Source of the DNA: Paramecium tetraurelia
Lineage: Eukaryota
Length of the DNA: 64,000 nt
Direction: 5' to 3'
Assembly: GCA_000165425.1 (NCBI GenBank)
Contig: CT868307.1
Location: 248,001-312,000, forward strand
The stretch's first letter is position 1, and each line of letters begins with the position of its first letter. Positions 1 to 12,142 of the stretch are shown here, in pieces. Made by a program: the position numbers and the translations under genes. A model generated the notes under the pieces. It saw only the letters and a list, made by a program, of their open reading frames with translations, did not search any database and was not told where the DNA came from.

Positions 1-84
1 TGGGAATCGGTTCATATTAAGGTTATTGCTGATGAGTTTTAATAAATGGAGATCTATTAGTACCACTTGAAGATCTTTTGGTGA
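1..84 (+). CDS. 3' end of a gene entering from outside the window (hypothetical protein)
   Basis: Frame 1 reads WESVHIKVIADEFQQMEIYQYHLKIFW then TGA in the ciliate code, followed by AT-rich intergenic sequence. Confidence 0.45.
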
Positions 85-740
85 TTGACTATTTAGGTTT
101 TTGTGCCTAATTAACGTATATCATATTCATTAATTATTGAGTATATATTTTATATGAAATATTAAAAATTTGTTAACTATTTAATTTCCCTTAACCATTA
201 CATTTATTGAATTTAAGTCATTGCTTATCTATTTCTCTATTAATTTTGATTCATTCAAAATGTAACATAATTTAATAATAATTGCATCTATCTAAGTAAG
301 TAGGTTTTAATAACTTGAATTATTATTTGTCCAATAGGAATATTATTTTTATATTCAAATTTTAATCTTCATAATAAATGGTTGTTAAATATAACTTGTT
401 GACTATTTTTAGATTTTTTATTTAGAATCTAATAATTAGCAAAGTAGTTATTAACAGAATTTGAAAATTTTAAAATTATAAAAATATTAATAAAACAGTT
501 AAGGAAATGGGATGATCATATTATCTGACCATGTAAAATTTGTAAACAAAATCTCATTTGAATATTTGTTTTTCTCCTTTTTTAATGTTTACATTAATTT
601 TAGGAATAACCTAGCTAAATTTATTTTTCTAATCATAATGTAAATTTTAAAGAAAATACTTAAGGTTTCAAGTGAAAAAATCCTTTTAGAATTTAGGTAA
701 AATGTGATAACATATCCAAACCAAATTGTCAAATTTAAAT

Positions 741-1433
741 ATGAATAATAATTAATCAGTTCCTGATATAGGAGAGTAAGAAGATGATCTTTAAACAATA
801 AAGAAAACTGAAAATGAAGATTTTATTTTGTCATATAATTAATGCACTGAGTAATCTTCCTCATTTGGAAGGAAACTAAACTAATAGCTTTGGTAAGAAT
901 TCTACAAATAGGAATTGATTTATTAGAAAAGGAAGAATCCATAAGCAAATCATAATGAATTAACTTCATTAATTTCAAAAAAGTGGAAAAGCAAGAAATA
1001 AGATAAGAAGACTGTTAATAAATTGAAATTGAAAATAAAACTAGAAAGTATTGCTGATTTTGCTGCTTAAACCAAGAATAATAAATAGATAGCCATTCTT
1101 AATAAAGAAGAACAAAAAGATGATCTTGCTGAAAAGCTTAAAACTTCAACTTTCAAGTTAATTTATTTAGATAATATTTGTGAACTTAAAGGAGAGGCAA
1201 TTTTAGAAGCAATAAAAGGTAATCTTCAGCTCATCTACATAAATAAATCTAATGATATTGAATAATTAGATATCTCTAATTAGGATAAATCCAAATCGAC
1301 CAAAAGTTGCCCAGAACCCTAAGAATAAAAGGAAAGCTTTGTTATGTCTTCAAAGGATTCAGAAAATGAGCCTGTAAATGACGAAAATGAATCATATTTT
1401 GAAATAGCGAATAACATAATGAATTATTTATGA
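741..1433 (+). CDS. HMG-box-like protein
   Basis: Intronless 230-aa ORF in the ciliate code. QQLWQEFYKQELIYQKRKNPQANHNELTSLISKKWK resembles the HMG-box helices (F..E....K..NP......E....IS..WK). Confidence 0.6.
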
Positions 1434-1679
1434 AAATTTATGAAAATTAACATCTAATTATAATATTATTATGTTAACGATTAAAAGTGAATCTGAAAGT
1501 AGGATCTTCATTTTTCTTTGAAGTAAACTTACTGTTGAATGTGCTGTCTACCACAAAGATCGAAAAATATATATTAAAATACATCAGATTATTGTTATGT
1601 AATAGCTGATTAGTCATTCGAATAAAAATTGTATTTATGATTTTAATTTTAAGAGTAATAAATAAATATAAAAATATTG

Positions 1680-4467
1680 ATGGATTAGCAAGAATCAGCA
1701 AGATCAATTAACATAAGTTTATGATGAAATTATTATTAGTTTAGGTTCATCAAGATATTCTGATAAATTTTAACCATAATTAATCCACATGAATTAGAAG
1801 CAAATTTAAAAGAATAAGGACGATAGTTAAGAATTTAGTCCTATTTATGAGAAATCTTATGATGACATTGTTCAAGAGAAGCCATAGAGGTAAACTAGAG
1901 GAAATTTTAAAAAATCCTTAAATTACCATGTAAGAGAAATTTAAATTAATTTTAGTCAACCTCAATTAATCCACTAGAAAAAGTATAAAATATCAGAGGT
2001 AATAAAATCGTGTAGTTGATAAAGCAAAAAAATTTATTATTGAAATTTAAAGAGAGATTATTTTAATTGGGACACATACACCCAAGGAACCCTAATGAAA
2101 AGCTGAGTCATTTTTTGGAAGAACAATATATACATTAAAATCATCACCATACTAGGTTTAGCTAATAAGAATAAAAATTTGAGCAGGGTATAATAGAGCA
2201 ATATTAAAGTGTTGAGAATGTGTAATAAGGTATAAAAATACCAATCATAAATCCAACAGGGAAATTTTATCTCTTTTGGCAATTGTTGAGACTGATACAA
2301 ATAATGTTCTTGTTGTGGTGGGTTCCCTTTAAAATATCATTTAATCCCCCTAAAATGACCTCGATGTCTTATATCGAAAATATGTTGATCTATCTATTTG
2401 CAGCAGATTTACTTATAAAATTAAATAAAGGGATGATTGACTAAGGTTAAATTGTTTACGATAGGTTCCGAATATTGAAGCACTATGTTATTTATGAATT
2501 ATATGAGGATGCAATATATTTAATAACTTTGACACTTGTAATTGGTGGTGATCCCATAGCCATATCATTTTTCCCTGAGGTGATAGTTTTGATATAGTTC
2601 ACTTTTAATTTTATTAAATTAAAAAAGACTATCAATAGATATGGAGAGATGTTTGCAATCTAATCTACATTTACAGAATTGGTTAGTCTCTCATAATTAA
2701 TAATACTGATATTCTATTTTGCTCATTTCATGGCCTGTATTTGGTATTATGTAGGAAACATTAGTTAGGAATCATTCTCAAATTCTTGGATCCAATAATA
2801 ACACTTAGAATATTCACCATTGTTTCATAAATATGGATACTCTTATTATTGGGCAACTGCAACTATGGTCACAGTAGGATATGGAGATGTCACTCCTCAA
2901 AATATATATGAAGTGATTTGTGCAATCATCATGATATTTTTTGCTAGTGTTGTCTTTGCTTTCTCAATAAATGCAATTGGAGTGATATTCTCAAATATTG
3001 ATCTATAAAAACAATATTACAAAAGAAATTTAGTTTTAATAAATCAGTATATGAATTCAAATGAAGTTTCCTTGTAATTATAGAGCAGAGTTCGCAATTA
3101 TTTGAAATACTTTTATGAACAATAAGTGAAAGGTAACAATACTGAAATTAATTCAATCATTGAAAAGTTATCATATAATCTAAAGCAAGAGCTATTGGAA
3201 GATGTATAGATAAGAGCAGTCACATGTGTTGACTTTTTTACAAAGAACTTCTAATCATCAACAATTCAGGAGATTGCTTGTCGAATGAACATTTAACAAT
3301 TTACACCAAGAGAGATTATATTTTAATAAAACTCTGTGGATGAACACTCGGTTTACATAATCTAAAAAGGAGAAATCCAATTAATTGATGATAAGTCAGG
3401 CAAAATTGTATCCAAACTTATTAAAGGCTAATGTTTTGGTGAAATAGAATTCTTAACGACTTAGAAAAGGTAATACAAAGCTATAAGTACAACATTTAGT
3501 TCAATATACAGAATAACACGGGAGATGTTTCTCGATATTATTTCTGAAAATTCAATAGATTTTGAAAAATATTGTGAAATGAAGGATAAGGTAATATTTC
3601 AATATGAAGATCTACCAATCAAATGTTTTGGTTGTGATGGTGATCATTTATTATCAAATTGTCATTATTTAACTTACAAACCAGATAAAGAGTTTTTAAT
3701 AAAACGATAATTGTATCATTCTAGATAATAAAGATCTGAATTTCAAAGAAAGAAAAATAGATATTTGAGAATATTTAAATAAAATGAAGAACATGAACAA
3801 CCTCAAAAATTATCAAACAAACAAATAGAACATGAATTATCTCTCCTCTCCTAAGAATCAATGCATAAACAGGAATCTAATTTAACAGGCAGTGAACACT
3901 AAAATAACCTCTATAACAATGAAGAAGTCGCTCATCAAATAAAAAAGCGAATTTCGTTATGGATAACTAATCCAGATCAACCTTTCATAGAATAACAAAG
4001 TATTTAAAATCCTTAAACTAGAGTCTTTATAGAAAACTAATCGGCACAATAGTGAAACGCCAACTCATAAACCAACTAGAAAGTCGTTATTCAGTTCATC
4101 TCAGGATCAGTATTCAAAAAGGCATATGAGTAATTAATTACTTTAAGTTAATGAATAACAATAATTAATGAGTTCTTCAAATAATTCGCAAACTAAAACC
4201 TATAAATAATAGCATTTCAATTAGTTGGAGAATTTATAATCATACCATACATTCAATTATGAATTGGATAAAATTGAAAGCTATCAAATTTACTTTCCTT
4301 AGAACAACATTTAAAATGTTATTAGTACTTTTCAGAAGTAGCAAAAACTTTCAAAGTTCACAAAGATATCACTTGCAAGCAATAAATATCGATTCATATA
4401 TGTTTAAAAAGTACCCATTTAATCATTGACCAAAAAAACTATTCTCAATGTCAACAGCTAAATTTGA
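1680..4467 (+). CDS. Cyclic-nucleotide-binding-domain K+ channel (EAG/CNG/HCN-like), copy 1
   Basis: Contains AHFMACIWY, pore YWATATMVTVGYGDV, a C-linker and CNBD FGEIEFLT. Tiny introns near 1717, 1930 and 4000 restore the frame; TGA at 4465. Confidence 0.92.
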
Positions 4468-4549
4468 TTAAATTACAACATATGTCTAATATTATATAAG
4501 AGAACATCCTTGATAAAATTATGAAATATTAGTTAATTATATATTAATT

Positions 4550-7336
4550 ATGTCATTCTTAAATTTTGAATTAAAATAAAACACTCATGATTACGAAAAG
4601 GATAAATTAGGTCCAGATAAAACTTCCAATATGATCAATCCTAAATAAGGCTCAAATAGCGAAATTTAATTTTATTCCGAACTAAGTGTTATAGATAGCA
4701 GTAGGCCAGTGCAATAGTCTAGCCTAATAAGACCTTTAGCATAAATAAAAAAAGAATCCTCAGGGAGATAACTGAAATTTAATGTAAAGTTAATTTTGAG
4801 TCAACTTAGAATTCATAGAAAACTGTTAAAATTGAGTAAAGTGGCAACAAGATTTCCAATTTTCGTAAAGTGATCCATCAGAATGAAGAAACCATAAAGG
4901 TTGTTTAAACTAAATTTTTGAATAAGTTATTAGAGGCAGCAAATATATGGAGAAAAGATATATTCGATTACAATAAGGAAGTTATCAATAATATATTTTC
5001 TTATGACACAAAGGAGTAAAATAATGGAGAAATCATTAATTCTCATTAGGGAATTTTAAGCCTAAAAATTGAAGTCCTATTACCTACGTAACTCTTCGTA
5101 AAAATTTGGGATTTGATGGCAATAATAATAATTGCGATTACATTATGGTTTTCCTCATTCGTAGCTACATTTGACTTATTTTAGAATAACTTCTACAAAA
5201 TCGTAATTTACATATTCATCACATTCTTTTTTATAGATGCTTTTATAATCTGTCATAAGGCTATCATTTTACAGGGAGAATTGATGTTAGATAAGAGAAT
5301 TATAATTCAATAATATATAAAAGGCCATATTTATGGAGATATCATAAATTGTTTAATTTGGATAATTTAACTATCTCATATTGATGATATGCATGCAAGA
5401 CAATTGCTCTCATTGATCTAGACAGTTTTTATAATCATTAAATTATACAGTCGTTTAAACAATTATATCGATTGTTTATACATGAGTGGCAGTTTGAGTG
5501 AGTTGATCGATTTGATCATCTTGATCAATTACATATTCTTTTGTGTTCATATATTTGCATGTTATTGGACATACATAGGATTTGCAACAGAAGATGAAGG
5601 CATCAATTGGCTAATAAAAAACTCAGTTGAAAATAAGGGACATTGGGTTTAGTACAATACAGCAATGTATTGGGCAACAATGACAATGGTAACAGTTGGA
5701 TATGGAGATGTGACAGCTGGAAACTAGTATGAAATTTTGTATTCCAATTTCGCTATGTTTATCAGTAGTTTAGTATTTGCATATTCAATGAATTCAATTG
5801 GAATCATTATTAAGAACATCTAAGTGTCATCAAGTTTCTACAAGTAATGTATTAAAGGAATTCTTAGGAAAAACTTAATCTTAATGAACACGTATATGAA
5901 AAATAATCTTGTTTCAGATTCCATTTAAAATAGAGTGAGAAACTTCCTGAAATATTAAGCAGAAAATAATTAATAAGCTAATACACAAGACGTACAATTT
6001 AAGATCTTATTCATAATAGATTCATAATATTATTGATGATTTTCCACCTTTACTTTAGGATGAATTAAAATAAGATATTAAACTGAGAATACTCAAATAA
6101 ATTAAACTATTTGATATCTTTTCAGAGAAAATCAAGTATGCTGTTGCAAACAAACTGGAATATGGTTCATGCATTCCTAATGATGTGTTATTTGATAATT
6201 AGATCAATAATGACAATTCTCTGTAAGACTATTTTAAATATAAAGATATTTCATAGAGAAAGGAGAAGTGATCATTTAAGAGAGTGTGACTAAGAAGTAA
6301 TTGGAAACGTTTAAATCAGGGGATTGTTTTGGCCAATACTAATTTTTTACTAATAGTTCTTTACCAATAAGAGCAGTGAGTCAGACCTTTACATAGATCT
6401 ATAAGATATCTAGAAGTGATTTCTTAAAGGTTTTGAATACTAGTTCAATCGATTTTGAAACTTATCATAATATAAAAGATAAGTTGCTTCACAGTCAGGA
6501 AATGAGCATTATAAATTAGAAATGTAACATTTGTTCTTCATTTACTCACATAAATGTGTTTTGTCCTAAGATTAGTTATAGGCCAGATTTAGAGAGATTG
6601 ATTAAGTCAGAGTACTTTTTGAAATAAGAGAGGAGATAAATCACTAGAATAGATAGATAAAAAATAAATTCATTAGGAGATTATGAGAACATACTGATTT
6701 CAGTAAATGAATATCAGAAACAGGAGTTTAATCTGTAAACTTAAAACAATAATGAGAAAACATCTTAAGATCAAAGTGATAGTTAACTCCACTAAAATAA
6801 AAAAAATAATTAATCTAGTTTATAACAATTAGCACGTTAATAGAGTGATTAATGTAAACTAATTTAATTATATTATCTTAGAGAATTTCATCACTTAAAA
6901 TTCCTTAGGATCATAGTTAGTTAAACAACAATCAAAATAGTTTTTTATTTAAAAGTCTAGAGAAATATAAAATCTTGAAAATATTTTGGATTTAGAAAAT
7001 GTAGTCATTTCAGGGCCTGTTACTTAGGCATAGAAATTAACAACGAAATATGCATTTTAAACCTCTGATTTAATTGAAGATCAATTGTAAATTCACTATT
7101 GTGACATTGATATAGCCTTAAAATCATAAATTTATTTGCCCTAAAATCATATTTTAGTTGTTATTGCTTAAAATAATTAACGGTGTATTAAATAATAAAA
7201 ATGGAATTTTAATTATAAATACACGTTCTTTTATCGAGTAGCTCGATTGTGTAAATTAGAGAAGCTTACAAGTCAAAGCAATCTAAAAAAAAAAAGATTC
7301 GTCATGAAGAATATATAAAAAAAAGAAAAATAATGA
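4550..7336 (+). CDS. CNBD-type K+ channel, copy 2
   Basis: Contains VHIFACYW, pore YWATMTMVTVGYGDV and a CNBD-like region. Introns at about 5844, 5992 and 6224. Confidence 0.9.
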
Positions 7337-7472
7337 TTTTTATTTGTACTTAATTAAATATTATAAGAATTGGACATTTCACTTTACTACTCGATAAAAT
7401 GGATAAATATTATTTAATTCTCAATATTAGATTATTATGTTTGAATTAATTCAAATATAATTATATTAAAGT

Positions 7473-10341
7473 ATGTCAAGATTTTACAACTCTAACAATG
7501 ATGAAAATCTTTCTTCTAAAATTATAATTGAAGGAGCTACGCCTCACGTTGATCCTAAGATTCTATCTAACTCAGACATTCAATTCTAAAGTGATATTAG
7601 TAACATGGAAAGCATGAGGTCCATAAATCAAGAGACTAAAAAAAAAATTCAGCTCATTTAAAAGAACTCTTAAATTTTTTCTCTCAAATTTTAAGTAACA
7701 GTACTCTTTTAACATAAGCAACCTGCACTAGTAAATAGCAAAAAATAAATCTAGCACAGCTTATTTAAGATTGACAACAACCAAGATGGAAAATTAAAGC
7801 AAGTCTTAAATAAGTAGATGCTCAAGAAATTTAAAGATAATTTATTATAAAACGCGCATATTTTGTCTCAAAAAGTGTTATAGGAGAAAAAACCTCTATT
7901 AAATTACTTATTTTTAGATTATGTAACATAGGATGACAGGTAATTAAAAAAAAATAAACTCATAAATAATATAGAGAAACTTCTATTCTGCTAAGTTTTC
8001 TTACCTTAAGACAATTTTGTTAAATATTGGAATTTATTTAGCATTTTATTTAGCTTTTTTATATTATGGTTTTCACCATTCATTATTTCGTTCTAATTAT
8101 TATAAAGCTCCAGTGTTCAATAAACTATAGTATTTATATTCATTTTCTTATTGGTTGATGGATTAATTACTTGCAACAAGGCATATCTTTAATAAGGAGA
8201 AGTAACAAATTTTACTATAAAATAGTTAGTTATTAGTAGAAGATAGATTATAAATAATTACTTAAGAAATCAAGTCTTAAGTGATTTTTTAAATCTTTTC
8301 ATTTGGATTTTGATGTATAATGGAATAGAAGACTTTCAAATAATTCAGATTTTATCAATATTTTAGATCATCATCATTATAAACACTGTGTATAAAAAAA
8401 TCAATAATTTTGTCGATTATTTATACTTGAATGGTAACCTAAGTGAAGTCTTGGATCTAGCATTTTTAATAATCTCATTATATTATTTTGTTCACATCAT
8501 AGGCTGTCTTTGGCATTATTTGGCAGTATTAGGAGAGTAACTAAACCAAGTTTCATGGATCCAGAAGTATTCCCTTTAGGATCAATCATCTCTTGTAAAA
8601 TATGACTATGCCGTATACTGGGCAACAATGACGATGGTGACTGTTGGGTATGGTGACATTACAGCATCAAATCCTATTGAAATAGTGTTTTCAAATTTTA
8701 CAATGTTTATTAGTAGCTTTGTATTTGCTTATTCGATGAATTCCATAGGGATTATAATAAAAAATCTGTATGATGTAAGAAATTTATACAAGTAAAGTAT
8801 GTCATTAATTATAAAGAAGATAATTGATCTTAATTAATGCCTACATGAAGAATAATTTAGTTGAGGACTCTATATCCAATAGAGTTAGAAATTATCTAAA
8901 GAATTAAGTTGATCATGAATCTAAGAACAATTAGATAGAAGTATCGATCAAAGTAGTAATAATAGGCTTAACAAATCATTGACAACCTACCTCATGGATT
9001 AAAAGATGATGTGAACATAAACATTAAAACTAGAATATTATCAAATATGAAATTGTTAGTAAGCAACTTCTCTAAACAGACTCAATCTCAAATAATTCAT
9101 AAATTAGAATAGGTTAGTTTTATACCAAATGATATTATTTATGATCCTGAAGGATTAAATTTGGATTAGTATCTGTAAGACTTTAACTCTAAATATATAG
9201 CTATTATATAGATTAAGGCTCTGTAAGTCTTGTAGAAGTAAGAACCTAGAAAATTGTTTAAGAATATAAAGAGGGTGATACTTTGGGGGAGCATTCATTT
9301 ATAAGTGGGTTGCCACAAAAATTTAAATTAATTAGCACGAGTTTCTGTTAATTATATAGAATATCTAGGTAAGATCTTTTAAAAGTGCTTTAAAATAATC
9401 AGAAAGATAAAGAAATATTCTATTCTTTATAAGATTAATTACTGTATCTATCTGATTTTAGTCTAATAAACAAGAAGTGTAATTTCTGCCATAAATTTGA
9501 TCATTAAAATAGTGATTGCTTCATAATCTCATACAAACCTAATCTGGAAAAAATAATTAAGATGTAGGAATTCTTAATCTAACCAAGAAGTTAATTGAAT
9601 AGAAATGCCCGTTAAAAGCTAAAAGTAGTAAATTAAATCTAAGTACTATTATTTTAAAATAAATAGGGAATCTAAAATTCAATTTAATAGTTTTAATAAA
9701 GTGACATCATTTCTAATCAAAATGATTCTTATACAATAATGAGTGGAACCAAGAGAATAAAGCAGTATTCTACACATAGATAAAGTGATAATAAAATAGA
9801 ATAGCCAGAATCATCTTCAGTAAGTGATCAATCTCCAGATGTCTAGATTGACAAGATGGCTTATCGTAAACCCTCTTCGAATTTTACCGGAAAATTTAAT
9901 ATATAAAACCTTCAAAGCATCGAGAATAAAGATGCTTAAAGGAAAATATCTATAGCAATATTGAAAGAACAAACCTTAAATCCAGAACACCCAAGTTCCT
10001 AAATCATTTAATTAAGGTCTATTAAAAATCTTTCAAATCCAGCTATATTAGAATATGAAGAATATCTCAAATAGATCAAATTTAGCGGTTTTGAGATTGA
10101 TAAAGGCTATGAATTTTAAAACTATTTGCCTTAAAATAATCTTTAGACTGTCATCCTAAATTACAATAAGCAAAAAGTCAAATTTATACCAATTTACTAA
10201 AAAAGCATGAATAAATCTTTGAAATACACCTTTTATTATAAAATAGCTAAATTGGCATGTTAAATGAGAATGATAGCTGCTCCTATAACACGAAGACTAC
10301 TCAAAGGTCATCAAATCAAAAAGCATTTAAATGATTCTTGA
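7473..10341 (+). CDS. CNBD-type K+ channel, copy 3
   Basis: Contains VHIIGCLWH, pore YWATMTMVTVGYGDI and a CNBD-like region. Intron positions match copy 2. Confidence 0.9.
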
Positions 10342-10647
10342 GTATGTTTCTGATCAAATTTATGAATCTAATATTCTATTAAATAATTACTTAAGCATTC
10401 ATTCAAAATATATCCACTGTTTAGCATCTATATTCTTATTGTATTCAAATTTTTCTCATTTATTATGACTGCTATTCTCCAACATTTAAGAAATTTTAGG
10501 AATATTTCTTTACATTTTTTAATTTACTATTTATAATGTAATATTTTTAGAATTAAATAGTCGTTTAAATTGTTTATAATTAATTTTCCCTATTTAAAGT
10601 TAAAACAAACAAAAAAGAGAAAGAATTAATTAATATTAGAAAAATTA

Positions 10648-11133
10648 ATGTTCACTCCTCCAAACTTTGCGGCTCATTCAGCCTTACATAAAATATCTAA
10701 AATCATGGCCAGAATATTTTAGTTATAAGAAAAGCTAAAAATAGAAAACACTGTCGAAATCCCTAAGTCAAATTAAGTAAGAATCTCATATTAATTTTAG
10801 AAAATTAATAAAACATTAAAGAACATTTACCTGATGAACCTGGAGGATGAAACAATTATCCTCGCCTTCTATTTTGTTGATCAGATCACTAAAAAATTAA
10901 GAATTTTTCTTAACTTAGAAAATAGTACTGGAATATTAATTGGGGCTATTATAATCGCTGATAAGATTCTTAATGACTATCCCAGAAATATTGATAAATA
11001 TTAACTGGCTAGTGGACTCAAAAAATAATAACTAATTGAAATAGAAATCTAATTCTTAGAAATCTTGGATTACAATTTATATGTTACAGAAGAAAATTTT
11101 GAAAAGTACCAAAAAAGAGTATAAGAATACTGA
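10648..11133 (+). CDS. Cyclin, PHO80/cyclin-U (Pcl)-like single cyclin box
   Basis: Reads ETIILAFYFVDQI...ILIGAIIIADKILND...SGLKKQQLIEIEIQFLEILDYNLYV. One 24-nt intron at about 10777-10800. Confidence 0.75.
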
Positions 11134-12142
11134 GAGAGATTCTTACTAATGTTGGCTACTTTTTCTCATTTTCCTTGACATTTAAATTTACATTTTGTTT
11201 CTAATTATATATTTACATTTAATTGTTTATCTCTTTGTTAATACCAGAAGGTTAATTATTTAAAGTATAATTAAAGGAAATCCATATTTTTTAGATTTAT
11301 GAAAACCTTATGTGAGATTGTCAATTAGATAGTGTGTGTTTGATCATAATATGAGAATATGAACTAAGTGATCATTAAGATAGATTTGATCAAAAAACTT
11401 AACTGACTGATACTACTATAGAGAATAAAAAGATAAATTCAGATTATTGATATTTTTAATAAGGACTTCTCAATATTTTAATGTTTGATTCAATAAAAAC
11501 TTCAACACCACTCTCTTATTCCAAATATTCATACTAATAATTTAGAGCTAAATGCACAGAGACTTATTTAAAATTGTTTTATCTATTTAGGAAACCATCA
11601 AAATTAATGATAAAAGCAAGTAAATAGGAGAGTTCTATATACTTGGAACATAACTTAGTTATTATATTAATTTATAGGATGAAAATTCAAACTAGAAATA
11701 AAACTTTATTAAAGAGGGATTGGTGATAAAAAATTAATGAATAATTATTATTCAGTTTTTAATCATAATTTAGAATCTACTTTAAAGTAGTAATAATAAA
11801 TAGAATATGAATCAACAATCTATTTTTCCTGAATATTAGTTACTTATAACTGTTATTTCTAATTTATGAGAATTGTTGAATTTTTATATAGATCTTAAAA
11901 TATTAAATTTTTAATTTTTAATTTCCATTATGTTTAAGTCAATATTATTACTTTCTATTAATGCTTATCATCTTTTTCGTAGATGGAAAATAAACATAGT
12001 AATTTCCATCTATATTTCATCTGTACAGTATTCAGTCCTAGAGTGTTTTCTTAAATAAATATCCAAATTTTTCAATAATTAGAGATGCTTAAAAGAATTT
12101 ATTACAATTAAAATAAAATTCTCTAAAAGTAACAATTCCCTT

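Noticed and set aside
638..766. Short upstream ORF as a 5' exon of the HMG-like gene
   Set aside because: It ends at TGA, and I found no normal-sized GT..AG intron joining it in frame to the ORF at 741.
1680..10341. Frequent in-frame TAA/TAG and frame changes read as pseudogenes
   Set aside because: They are explained by Gln reassignment and tiny introns, and the domains are complete.
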